From: Paramecium tetraurelia
Lineage: Eukaryota
Direction: 5' to 3'
Assembly: GCA_000165425.1 (NCBI GenBank)
Contig: CT868141.1
Location: forward strand, 434,001 to 498,000
Length of the DNA: 64,000 nt
Positions 25,101 through 40,100 of this stretch are shown piece after piece; within the stretch, counting starts at the first letter, position 1, and every line of letters begins with the position of its first letter. Under the pieces are notes generated by a model. That model had not been told where the DNA came from. It saw only the letters and a program-made list of their open reading frames with translations, and made no database searches. The position numbers and the translations under genes were made by a program.

Positions 25101-28100
25101 TCAAGCTTCTAGATTACTTTCAGGTTTATCTTCCACCTCAAAGAACTTTTAAATCTAAGGTTGTGCCACTATTATAAAAACTAAATTTGCTAGGATTTTA
25201 GAGGCACTTTCATCTGGATTGTTTAATGCTTTGATTGCCCAAGGATATATGGAAAGTTTAATTGTTATAATAAGGAATTCTGCAATGATTAGATCAATAA
25301 CTTATGTTGATGCGAATTAAATTGCCCATATATTTGCCTATAATTATATTTATATCAAAATACCTAGATCTCTTCCATGCTGGCAGAAAGCATCAATACG
25401 ATGAACCAGCAAACAGCAGAGATTGCAATCGTTATTAAAATTCCTAAAAATTTGAGGATTGGAGATGCTTTCATTGTAACTGTAATGATGGATAGAATCA
25501 CATTGATGACTTATCCAATTCCAACTGATATCATAGTAGCGTAAACAGGTCCCATGTTACCAGAAAATAATGCTGATAATGCTAACACTAAAATAGTTTT
25601 GGCATAAATCAAAGCAAATCTAGCTGGTCTACTAATAACATCATCATATAACATCAATATTGATAATACTCTATGAAGGGTCTATTGTTAATAAATATAA
25701 TAGTTACTAATATTCCTTCCCAAAGAACTTTTAATGTTAAAGGCTTTAGTTTGATTTCTTAACCGTGTTGATATTTTAAATCATGAATTGTATAAACATT
25801 TTTTATTACATTTGATAATTCTTTTGCTTGTATTTAATGTTTATTTGTTGAGGGATTATAAAGTTAATGTTGCTGTAACTAATCTTGTACTTACTTAAAA
25901 TTGATTTTAGCCCTATTTCGTTCTACTTATAATCGATAAATGTCATTCTGATTCAATCCTGCATGTTCTTCGTCAGAACCACCAATTAGTTTCCCTTCTT
26001 CATCTTATTTAAAATCTGCATTATCTGGAGCTTTTAAAGATAGCAAAGCTAATCTAGCAAATTCACCAGATTGAATAACTGGTTATCCTTCTTCTTCCTG
26101 TTCCACTGAATCTTCCATGCTTTTCTCTTCTATAACTATGTCATGAATCTCTTTCTTTAAATTTTGCAAATTAGGATTTAGATTGGTGTTTACATTTAAT
26201 TCTTTGGTGATTTCTTCTATAAAATCTTAATTATCCTTCCTTAATCCTATGACCATGAGTGCAACATAAGCACCTGTAAATCCAATAGCAATGTAGAAAA
26301 TGGCATATTTCCAAAATTAAATTTATAAAAAGATGTTCAAAGAATCAGCATTAAATACTGAGTCTAACTTGTTTGAAATAAAACTATCTAATTTTGTGAT
26401 GACTGTTGTTGGATTAACGACAACACAATCACAAACGTATGCAATATTACCTTTAGAATCCACATCTTTCTTTATTTTACATGTACCAGTATCCCATGTA
26501 TCTTTCAATTCAGATACACATTCCATAGTTGAATTGGCACTATCATTTTATGGAGCAGAAAATGATAATTTAATGGATTGGCCTTCAAGACTTTTTATTT
26601 CTGTGCTATTACCGTTCTCTGTCATTGTGATATTCGGTTAAATAGTACCAAAATTGCTAATGATGGATTAATCATGAGTAATATTTGATGAATTGGTAAC
26701 TTCATTAGTTTGATTAACATTAAGTTATGATTTAAATTTAGGATCATTCAAATTTGGACTTGTAGCATAATTAGACATACTGACTTCATATTATTTTACA
26801 GTAGTAGGATCTATTTATTATAAGTTTCTTAAATAATGAAGATTATTTTTATTTTAAATCCATTCAACAAATTAAAGGAGTCTTCTCTTATTTCCTGAAT
26901 TTGTACTATTTGTGCTATTCGTACTATTAGTGCTATTTGTACTGTTGGTTCCATTTAACATAGAAAGATATTCATCATAATTTATTTCATCTGCTTCCTC
27001 TTCTAAATTCAAGTTATCATCGCTCCCAGATCCTTATAAATCAGTACTTGATGTATCAGAGCTGCTTCCAAAAAACCTAGGTGTTATTGATCCACTTAAT
27101 ATTTTTGTAATTTAAGCAGGTGTTGATTTATAGGCCTACATACCCATTTATTAACCTGCATACTATCTAGGCTTTTCATTGGCTAAACTTCTCTTTAAAG
27201 TGGCTATTGCTACTAATTTATTTATTTATTGAATTTATTCTTTTAATGAGTTAACATCTGATTCTGTAATATCTGCTCCTTAAAATGAATTAGCTTTTAT
27301 AGCATTAAATAATGTATCAGTCACAAAACCACTATTAAGAAGTGTATTATCTAAAGCTTTGATTGCATCTTCAAATTTTGATGTTGATCCTCCTGATTTC
27401 TATTTTTATTGTAGAAAATAATCCAAATCATTTATTTATCTATTTAACTATTTAAAAGTTTTCTTCAGTTATTGCTTAATTGTGTAGAAGTCAACAACAC
27501 TCGCTCCTTCCATTTCATAAGTGATACCAGTTCTACCAATAGCTGCTATTGATGATAAAAGTGATTCTTCCAATACTTTACTAGTCATTTTACCTTAAAA
27601 TGATGATAGAATAGAATAAATATCTTTAAGAATACTCTTCATTTGTGCCTATTTTTCTGGTTACAATTAATTATAGAGAGTTGATAATTCTTAGCTACCA
27701 ATGAATAATGAAGGAAGAGTTGACTCATCTATAGTTTCACTTAATTTAAGTGCTCTTCTGATTTACAATAAAACAGATTGGAAATCTGAAGTTTCTACTT
27801 TTTGATAAATACTATTAACTTTAACAGTTTTGGTTAGGTTTTTCATTCCATTATTATTATCATAAATACTAGCTACAAGCACTAATTCATAAGCAATACT
27901 ATTATCTAGATTTATAGGTGTTGGCAATACTAATTACAATTAAGAACTTGATTATTTATCTGTTATTGACTTTTTATTTATTGTTTCTCCTATTAAATTA
28001 TCATTATCTAATGTTTTCTAACTAGAATAAATATGAAATTGATATTATAAAGGAAGCTAGGGATCATAGCAATTTACGACTGATAGAACAAATAAGTCAG

Positions 28101-31100
28101 TAATAGATGTTCCTGATGATGGGGTAATTATAAATTTACAATCATTGGGTGGTATGTTTAATAATAAATTAACAGAGGATGTGGATGGCATATAATGATA
28201 AATATCTTTGGCAGCCATTTTAATTTGGATTCCATTAATTGATGTATCAGTATCTTCCCAATAATCCCAAATACGAAACTTGACTTATAAGAATTTAAAC
28301 GTAAAGGATGCCACAATATTGTAATTATAAACAATTTAGCAAAAGTACTTTAATGAATCAGGATCAACTGAAGTGGCTAATGTAAAATTGAGTTCTTCAT
28401 GCAATAATATTTACCTACCATCATATCCTGATGGGTAACTTACTTAAATATTAGGCAAATCATTTTCAATAACTAATAGGATAATTTAAGTAATCAATAT
28501 AGTTGAATATTTAGTATTTCTCATAACAAATTAAAGTGGTTAATAAGGATCTAACACTCTAGGTTTAAATGTCTGGGTAGCATCAGTTACGTTTAACTCT
28601 AAAGCCTCTTTATTTGAATCTGTGCAACTTTCGCTAGTAGCTAGATTGATACATCTCCAATTAAATGTAATATCTGGATCTTTGTTCCATGGATATTCAA
28701 GATCAGGATCTCTACAGAATCCATTCAGGACTGCATAATCATTAAAAGATTAAGTTCTTGTTCCACCTTAAATATAAGCCTGCATAGGACTACTAATTAT
28801 TTTTATTGTAAATTATATTGATGTCTTAATTGGTTTATTAGTTAATGATGCTGTAACTTAAAGTGTGTAAGTGGAATTAACAGCTGCTGTATAAGCTGGT
28901 ATTCTCAAAGTGTTCAAAAATGTCATACCATCCGTTTCAGAGATGAAAGAATCCTTGAGTACACTTGGAGTATCTTTTGGAGTCTTAGCAATTTCTGTCC
29001 AATTAACTCTGATTGCATCAAAAATTTCAACAACAGAGCTGGTATAGCATGATAAATGTTTAAGGGTTACAGTGAATGATAAGTCTTCCCATCTACCGAA
29101 TGTATATTATTAATCTGGATCAATTTTAATGATGGGGGACTCATATGATTCAGTTTGGATTGTTGTTTGTGCAGTATAAACTTAATCTCTAAAATTTTTT
29201 GCTTTTAGCTAAATTACATATGTGCCATATTCACTTAAAGAAAGAAATTAGATTGTAATGGATTATAAATTATTGGCATTAGCATCTGCAAAAAGACTAG
29301 TTAAATACTGAGAGACCGATGAGGTTTATGGATACATTTTTACAATGCTCCAAGTTATCTCAGTTAAATTTCTTTTTCCATCAACAAATTTATTGATTAT
29401 ATTTATTGGAATATCTTAACAAAGTGTAAGTGGATCACTATATGTTGTTAATTCGAATAAAGGCTCCATTTTCACAGGATTGTAAGAGAAATTAATCAAA
29501 ACAAATGTCGATATCGCAGCGCTGCATCCAGTTTTTAACAAAATATCAGTGTTAAATTATATTACTGTAGTTATGGTTATGCTACTTTGCTCAGATAATT
29601 CTACAATCAAGATTTTTTCTTATATTACTGAACATAAGGGAGCACTTCCGAGTGTTTAAAATGTACTTGGGTTAAATATTTAGGAGCAAGCTTAATAGGG
29701 TGTTACTTTCTTGGTTGATACAAATTGTACATTGAATGGAAAGTAAAAATAAATTATACTTAAGTCACTGCTGAATTAAGCAGAGATTACAGCAACATTG
29801 CAATCTGAACAATATGGTGTTTCTATATGAGAAATTGAATTTGGAGGACATGTGCATTATAAGGGTTCTAAAATTCTATTTCCTTTGCAAGTGAGACAAT
29901 TGTCTTTGTTGCAAGTAGAACAATTTCCGAAACAGACTTAACAATTGATGGAGACTTCGTCTTCATAATACCCATCAGGACAATAGCACACTGGATTATT
30001 AAGTCGATCTCCCTTGCAATTTTAACAAGTAGCTGTAGTATCACAAGCTTAGCATTTATTAGGACAAGCTAAGCATTCATTATTCAATTCGTAAAACCCA
30101 TTATCACAATCACAAATTGGTAAATTGATTCTATTTAAATTGCAGGCTAAACAAGTATTCAAATCACTGAGAGTACAAAGTCCACATTTAAAGTAACAAG
30201 CTGTGCATTATTTAACTCCACTTTCAATATATCCAATTTTACAATCACAACTTGTACCCTATCTACTCGTAGGACATGAAGTACAGTAAGTGCTCTATTA
30301 TTAACAGGTTTAGCATTTATAATTACAAACATCACAAATCAAATTGCCATTATCGTAATATCCTGCACCGCAAGGACATGAGTCTGTTGCCTTCACTCTC
30401 TAGGTTCCACTAGTATTGCACTTAACACATTTTGTGTTTTTCTCCATGCAAGTCAAACAGGAGTAGTGGCAATTCTGACATTATTTATTAAGATTGTCAT
30501 CATAGAATCCATCATTGCATGGACAAGTATTATCTATACTACTTTTATCCACTCTTCCATATGTGATATTACATGAAGTGCATACTTGGAATTGAGAGCA
30601 AGTGTTACATTAAGGATGGCACAATTTACACACAGTATTCATTCCGTCATCATAATAGCCATCTTAACAAGGACAAGTGTTATTGATGCCGCTCTTGTCT
30701 ATTCTAAATGTTTTATTTGTGTTGCATTGAAGACAAAATGTTGGTAGAGTTTAACACTCCTAGCAACTAGCACTGCATTTCATACAAGCAGCAAAACCAA
30801 TATCAGAATATGATGACTAACACTTACATGTGTTCTTTACAGAGTCGTATTTTCTATTCGTATTTAATGGGCAACTCAAACATTTATCTTAATTAGTTAC
30901 ACAAGTTCTGCATCTATATGAACATGGTTAACATTATGCATTTGTACCATCATCAAAATAACCATCCTTGCAATAACATCGTTTATTAAATGAATCAAAT
31001 AATCTATTAAATGTTGGTTCACAAGATTAACACTAATTGCTCATCACCTTACAAGTTTTGCACGGATAATCGCATTATGGACAGATGACGGAATCTAAAG

Positions 31101-34100
31101 TATCCTTAAAATATCCAGCCATACACTGACAACTTGTAACTATCAATTCTCTAAACTAAAGCGCTTAGCAATCAGAACACTCTGTCCTCGTTGGCCCTGT
31201 GCAATTATTGCAATAAATTGAACATTGTTAACAATCCCAAGTTAGATGTATATGATAGTAATGAGTATCACAAATGCATTCATTATTAGATAAAGATCTA
31301 TGTGAGTTGATCTTACATCCAGTGCATTTAGTTGCTGTATCTACACATGTTGAACAAGTATAATCACATGGCTAACATAAAGCATTAACACCATCATCAT
31401 AATATCCAGGATCACATGGACATGTATTATCTGGTTATTGAGTTCTAAAAACAGATAATACGCAGGTTTAACATACTTTACCTGCTAATGAACATTTACT
31501 ACAACTATGATCACAATTTGCACAAATTTAACTGACTCCATCATCATAATATCCATCATTACAAAGACATAAAAAGTTGGTACTATCCCAAGTCCTATGA
31601 TATAGAGGGTCGCACTCACTACATTTAGTAGGGATTGTAATGCATTTTCCACAAGAATAGTGACATGGACTACAGATAATAACACCTAATTCTAAAAAAC
31701 CTGGTTTACATTCACAAGTAAACAAATTTAGATCTAATTTTCTGTTTGAATTCAGTGGACAACTTATACATTATGTTTTAGAAAACTAGCATGTTTGACA
31801 CTTATAATCACAGGGTTAGCAATCAAGTAACCCAAATGCTGTATCTGCTGGTGGATAATATCCATCTTAACATCTACAATTATTCTCTTTTTATCTGTAT
31901 CTCCCCCAACATTTACATTGATCATTCTAAACTGAATTCAAAACTTATTCATATATTGCTAGACTTATTGATTAAACAACATCACTTGGCTATGGGATAG
32001 CTCCAAAATCTGCAAAAAGTAAATAAATTAAGAATATGTTATCCTATTGTTATATTTTATAAGTTAAATCTTTAAGAGGAGGTGTGACAATTGTGTTGAT
32101 TGTATCAAATTATGGATTTAATGGTCGAATAAAGCATTCGTAGGTATTTGGAAATAATTAAGAATCATATGTTGTGTAGCATATTGATTAAAATACAATT
32201 CCATACTCACTAAAATATGATGTAGAAAGATCTAATTTTCCTTTATTGCTTGGAATAAGTTTGTTATAAATAATAATTTCATCGATTTTAGTTTCGATAA
32301 GTGTCACTGATACTGCATTAATTGTAAACTAATAAATTTGGGATTATGCTCCAAAATATTTTGGAGTAATTTTTTAAATTTCACTTACACCTGCTTAAGG
32401 TACATCAATGTAAGTGCTTGGTTGTGAAGAGGAAGTTAATTTACCTAATATTAACGCATCATATTGATAGTTATTATCTGCTACCAGTGCCTAGTAGTTA
32501 TTTTAAACCAAAGCATTTAGCAAAGCATCTAAGGGAACCTAATAGTTTTTAAGAACAGTAACAGCATTATCAAAATTAAAATAACTGCATTTCTTACCAT
32601 TCATATTTTCAACATCAGTAACTAAGTGTTATAATGGATCAAATTCATTGTTCATAGATGTCTAATACCCATTTCTAAATATATCACATTATAAATCATT
32701 ATTATAAGTTTAACACTGAAAATCAAATCCAAAATATCCAGTGGACTTTAAGACTCCTTGATAAATATCCTAAATAATAGCATAAGTATTTAAATTATTT
32801 GAACTTTTAGATAATACCATTAAGTAATATATTTATTTGATTTTTTGAATATTGCTTATCTTTACTTCAGTACTACTTTATGATAATACAATAGAACCAT
32901 CATATTCATTCAAATTGATGATAAATATTTAATAAACTTAAGTTTCAGTCCTCTTACACAAACTTATGTAAGCATAGATGTCTTTATACAAAGTTTCTGA
33001 TTATGAACATGATACAAATGTATCTGTTGAAGCCATTGAAATTGAAATATACAGAATATTATTTAATTATGCCCCTAAAACAAACTTATTATTAGCTTAT
33101 GTAAAGTACTTAGTTAATTTACCAAAGGCAGAATCTCCATTTACTAAATATCCATTAGTATAGATAATATTTTATTTAAGATCTGTGCTTATCTTATGAG
33201 AAATATCAAAGGGAAATTTAGTATTTATTGCATTTGTTCCTTTACTTATAAAGTATCCTCCTATTTATTCAGTTAATGCTTCAAATGTCCCAGGTATTGA
33301 TAAAGGATTCTAAACCCAATATTGATTGACATATCTTAATGGTGTTCTAGTCGATAATTCAATTGATTTTATTAACAATTTTATGTATTATTCAAAAATG
33401 GTTTGATAAGAATTATTTATTAATGTATCATCAAAAGCCATAACAGCAAAATTAATCTATTTGACATTAGCTCCACTCACCGTTATCAAAACATTATTTG
33501 CATTTTAAACTACATTAAATGTGTGTCCTTAGTTGTAACCGAATATCAAAGTCTTAACAGATGTTGTACCATATATATCAACCATATATCCTACAAATTG
33601 GTAATTATTGCTAGTATATGTAAGTTGTTATGTGCTAATTTAATATCCACTAGTAATAAAATGTTATATTGTAAATTGATTGAATATGAATTATGATAGC
33701 ATGTGCAAACCAAAGACTAATATTTCTGGAAATTAGACAGTGAAATATGAGAATCCACTACTATCATATTGTATAGATGTAGTCTAATAATTAACATCTA
33801 CATTATTTAATTAAATCAATGCACTATTTCCACTGAATTTACTTGAAGACAATGCTGTTGAAATATAATTGGATCCATCTGTTACTTTTAATGGCAATAA
33901 ATTAGTTGGTATAACTTCAAGTAAAAATTGATGATTTTCCCAAAACATTTATTTGGTATTCTTAGGGTGAGGTGTGCATTCGAATGCTATGCCCTACCAA
34001 TATAATTGGCCTATATAATTTGCTACAGCTATTAATTATGCATTTGTAGCAGCACTAAAGGTTGCACTGTTTTCATAAAATTCTGTTAATAAAATAACTG

Positions 34101-37100
34101 GTTAAGATGAACTGAATTGAATATTTAATTAATAAACATTGCTTATGATGGAACTTGTAATAGTTGGAGGATTGTTGATGTTGTAAGTGAACACCAATAC
34201 AACTGTATATAAATAATCAATATTGAATGTCACAATTTATTAATTGAGAGATGATTTGGGTACAACATTGCTTTGAATATTTTCACTATCTGCAACTACA
34301 GTAAATTTGTATTCCATTCTTAAGTTTAAGACAGTAGCATCTTTTTAGAAGAGTAAATATCGAACATTGTCCTTGAGAAAATGAAAATAGGAAGCTTAAT
34401 TGCCAAAAGGACTTTGATCAATTTGAATCTCTTATTATTTAAGCAGTAGAGAATTATGGTTATTTTTATCAGTTGAAATAATACCTTATTCAAGCTAACT
34501 TTGAAGAGAACATGAAATAGAAGAGTCAATAAGAGCGTCCATTTCTATATCAGTAGGAGATAATGAATTAGCATTCAGATAATCAATTAAATTGTTCGAA
34601 CTTGGAGAAGGTAAAGATGTAGCTAGTTTTCCAAAGTTAATCTCTGAGCAAGAAGCTCTGCAAAATCTGGTGTTATCAGGTAAAGTACAAACACACCTTC
34701 CATTTAATAAGACTCTGTTACTATTACAAGTTAAACAGGTATTAACATTGCAAGTTAAACAATCCATAGGGCAGGATTATATACATTGTCCTGTTTAATT
34801 CATTTCAAATCCTTATTTACATACACAAGCCAAGCCATTTTTGGATGGAAGTTAGTCATATTTAGTAAGGTCGCATGTTTGACATGTAGATTATGATGTA
34901 CAAGTTAAACAAGTGACGTGACAAAGACTGCATATACCATTGTTTTCAAAGTATCCATCATCGCAAATGCATTAAAAATTAGAAAAATGTCTATTCATTC
35001 CAGTCAAGCATGTTTTGCATTTAGTTCCATCTGCGAAAGTGTAACATTATTCACAGGGGCTTGTACAAGGTTTGCAATCTGAATCATTCATCAAATTATC
35101 ATAATAATTATCTTAACATATGCAAGTCGAACCAGAAAGTAAACGATGTTTTAAAGGATCACACTAATGGCATTCTGTGGGTAAATTCTAACATTTTTAA
35201 CAAGTGTAATAACATTAGCTACAAGTAACACTTGCGCCGACCTAATAGTATCCGTCACCACATACGCAGACTTATGCGACAGCAACACGGTTTGAACCAG
35301 CAACACAAGATGTACATTCATTTCCAGTTCCATTATCTATGCATTCTAAGCAAGGAGATATACACAAACTACACAATACTACTCCAGTAGTTTCGTAATA
35401 TCCACTATCACAAGGACATTTATTGTTAACAAGATCAATTACTCTGTGTTATCCCGTTTAGCAAGTAAGACATTGAGTACCATCAGGTGGTGGTGATGCT
35501 TAAGAAACGATGCAAGATAAGCATGGAGCTATACATGGTGCACAGACTGGAGATGAGCTTTATGAAAAATGATTGGGGTTACAAACGCATTACTTACTTG
35601 CATTTAACGTTCTATTATCCCCTGCTCTGCATTCAGTACATTGAGTGCCATCTCCATTATTTTCACAATTATAGCATGTACTTTCACAAGCGATGCATGG
35701 AGTCACATTATCCATTTAATAGTAAGATGGTTTACAAACGCAGACTTAATTTTTGACTTGTCGATTTTAATTTGGAAGACAAGTTGTACAATTTTCACCA
35801 TCATTGGGATTACAATATTCACAAGGTACAACACAAGATAAACATTATAATTCACCGAGTGGCTGATAATATCCAGCAACACAACTATAACAAAATGTTG
35901 GAAGAGTGACACATGACGCACAAGGACTCTAACAGCTTTAACAAGTTCCATCAGAATCTTCATAAAATCCGTAAGCACAATCACATGTATTACCATTTAA
36001 TACTCTCCCAACTGCACATGCTATGCACCTATCGCTTTACAACTCGCATTGGAAACAAGGAAAGGAGCAAGGTTAACATACAAGATCTGTTCCAAAGTAA
36101 CCATCTTAGCATTAGCATTTTTTGACAGGATCTCTGAATGTGGATGGTTTACATTAATCACAATCCAACTCATCCGTTAAACATGAAACACAATAAGAAG
36201 TACAAGCTTAACATACTAAATACCCGGCATCAAAAAATCCTATTTGACAAGGACAAGTTTTAGTGGTGTTATTAACAGCTCTATTATTATCAGGCAGACA
36301 GGTTACACATTAATTTCCATCATAGTTTACTCCATTACCATCTTTACCACTCAAACAAGTATAGCATGGTGAAACGCAAGCTGTACATATAAGTTAAGCA
36401 TCAGAATAGTACAATCCATCATCACAAATACATTAGTTATTATATAAAGTTCTCAAATAAACATCAAAATCGCATGAAGTACAGTTTGTTGCTGAGGTTT
36501 AACAAGTTTTACATTATATGTCACAAGCATTACAAGTAGTGCCATCCAGATAAAATCCATTTTCACAACTTGTACATTAAGTAGGTACATCAACACATGT
36601 CTTACAATTAGCATCACAAATTAGGCACACACTGTCACCATTATTTTGATCATAATAATGAGGTAGACAAACACAAACATCACTAACGACACCTCTAAAA
36701 TCACTTAAAAAGCAATCTACACAGGTTGACGTTGTTGTGGCACAGTTAAAACAAGGTGGAGTGCAGGGTAAACAAATAGTTCCACTTAGAAAATATTATG
36801 GAATGCAAGATAAGCAGACTGAATCTGAAGAACATTCAAAACAGGGCTATGTGCATGAATGACAAGTTTTATCAGTTCCAGATACAACTAAAAAATCTCC
36901 TGGAGCACATTCAGAACATTAAACATCTGCAGTTCCTGTACATTTGTAGCAAGTAGGATGACAGGCTTAACATGTTGAAGTATTATCCAGATAATAATGA
37001 TATTAACAATCAACACATACTTCTACTTGTGATGGAGATTAGCAAACGGCACATGGAGGATGACATACTAAACAAACACCAGAAGTTGTGACTGTGATAT

Positions 37101-40100
37101 TATCTAAATACAATCCTGAACTGCATGTCAAGCAATTTGTAGTTGTGTCTTTGCATGTTGCACAATTGACGTTGCATGCTGACTCGCAAACGTGATTTGA
37201 AAGGTTAACATACATCAAATCAAAGCAAGTAGTGCAATGTGATGGATCTATCACACAACTTTAACAATTATCTGTGCATATTAAATCGCAAACAAATGTA
37301 GTTTCATTTAATTTATAACCATCATAGCAAGATTAACAATTTGTTGTTGAAATTGTGCATGTTAAACAATTCGTATCACAATCAGTTTGACACACATTTG
37401 TGGTTTTATTGAGATAAATTCCATCAAAACAAGAGGTACAAAGTGTTGGCTAGCTGAAGCAAGTTGCACAATTTGAATCACAAACAACAGTGCATTTATT
37501 TGTACTTGTATCTAATTAAAATCCTGAAAAACATGTTAAACAATGGGTTGTGGTAATATCACAAGTTGCACAATTTGAATTACATGTATTTACACATGTA
37601 TTATTAGTTTCATTTAAGTAAGTTCCTGCTGGGCAACTTAAACAATTAGTTGTTGTTATCAAACAAGTAGCACAATTTATATCACAAGAAGGTTGGCATA
37701 TAAAGCTTGATTTATTAAAATACATCCCTGCATTACAAGTCTTGCATTTTATTGTAGTTACTTAACATGTCAAACAATTTGCATCGCAAGTGTTTTAGCA
37801 AATATTATTTGATAAATTTAAGTAATAGTTGGTGTTACAAGTTAAACATCTAGTAGTTGTAGTTTAACATGTCAAACAATTTGAGTCACAAGTGGATTAG
37901 CAAAGATTTGTAGTCTCATTTAAATACATGCCTGCATTACAAGTCAAGCAGTGCGTAGTTGTTGAGAGACAAGTTGCACAAATAGCATCACATGTTGATG
38001 AGCATGTATGTGCTGATGAATTCATATACATTCCAATATTACAAGTTAAACAATAATTTGCATAAGTTTAGCATGTAGCACAATTAGCATCACAAGTATT
38101 CTAGCAGGTATTATTTGATAAATTCAACAAATTAGCTGGGAAACAAGTTAAACAATGATTGGTAGTTGTTTAACATGTGTCGCAATTTGGATCACAAGAA
38201 GATTAGCATTGATTATTAGATGGATTCAAATATTCTCCAGGGTTACAAGAGAGGCAATGAGTTGTAGTGGTTTAACAGGTCAAGCAAGTTGGGTCGCAAC
38301 TTGCCGAGCATGTATTATTTGATAATAATAAATATTTTCCAGCTTAACAAGTTAGACAATAAGTAGTAGTGCCTTAACAAGTATCACAAGTAGCATCGCA
38401 AGTGGATTGGCATACTTTTGTAGTTGAATTCAAATATTATCCAACAACGCAGGATACGCAATTGATTGTTGTGCCTGAACAAGTAGCACAATTAGCATCA
38501 CAAGTTGAATCACAATAATTTGTTAATGAATTAAAATATTTCCCAGAAGCACAAGTTAAACAATAATTTGTTAAATTTTGGCATGTCGCACAATTTGCAT
38601 CGCAATTGGCATCACAATATTAAGTTGAAGGATTTTCATATAAACCAGGATTACATGTTAAGCAATGAGTAGTTGTTGTTTAGCAAGTAGCACAATTTGT
38701 ATCGCAAGTAGATTAACATTAATGGCTTGATGGGTTTAAATACATTCCTGAATCGCATGTCAAACAATGAATTGTCGTATCTTGACAAGTAGCACAATTT
38801 GGGTCGCAAGTAGATTAACATTGATTATTCGATACATTTAAATACATCAAGTCATAACAAGTAAGACAATTAACAGCAGTTGTTTCGCAGGTTTTACAAT
38901 TTGAATCACATATGATATAACAAACTGTACCAGAACCTCTTAATTCCCAGCCACTCTGACATGAGAGGCACTCAGTTGTTAAAGTCTAACAAGTAGCACA
39001 ATTTGAATCACAAGTAGATTGGCATTAATTATTTGATACATTTAAATATTATCCAACATTACACAACAAACAATATGTTGTTGTGCCTTAACAAGTTAAG
39101 CAATTACTATCACAGGTTGATTAGCATAAATTTGTGCTTGGATTTAAGTACATACCTGAATTACAAGTTAAACAATGAGTTGTAGTTGTTTGGCATGTTG
39201 CACAATTAGCATCGCAATTAGACTCACATATATTTGTTGCTTAATCCAAATACATTCCAATTGTACATGTTAAGCAAAATGTTGATAGAGTCTAGCATGT
39301 CGCACAATTTGATTCACAAACAGATTAGCATTGATGATTAGATATATTTAAATAAGATCCTACATCACAAGTTAAACAATAAGTGGGTGAGCTTGAACAG
39401 GTTAAGCAATTTAGATCACAAGAAGAAACACATTAGTTAGTTGATGTATTTATGGTATTCTCCTGAGTTACAAGTTTGACAATGAGTTGTAGTATCAACA
39501 CAAGTGAGGCAATTAATATCACAAGAAGACTAACATTGATGAGTAACTTCATTTAAGTACATTCCAGAGTTACATGTTAAACAATTGGTTTAAGTTGTTT
39601 AACATGTTAAACAATTTGAATCACAAACAAAAATACACTAAAAAGTAGTATTATCCAAAACAAAATTTGAGAAGCATTGTGTGCAATGAGTAGTTGTAAT
39701 TGAACATTATTAGCAATTTGAATCACAGTTTGATGAGCATTAATGAGTGGATTCGTCTAAATAATATCCTGTGTCACATGATAAACAATATGTAGTTGAA
39801 TTTTAACAAGTCAAACAATTAGTATCACAACTCGATTAGCATTGATGGGTTGATAAATTTAAATAATTTCCTGAATCACATGATAAACAATATATTATTG
39901 TAGACTAACAAGTTAAACAATTGCTATCGCAAGTTGATTAACATGAATGAGTTGATTCGTTTAAATAATTACCTGAATCGCAAGACAAGCAGTAGGTTGT
40001 GGTATTTTAGCAAGTTGCGCAATTACTATCACAACTTGATGAGCATTGATGAGTTGATGAATTTAAATAATTACCAGAGTCACAGGATAAACAATAGGTT

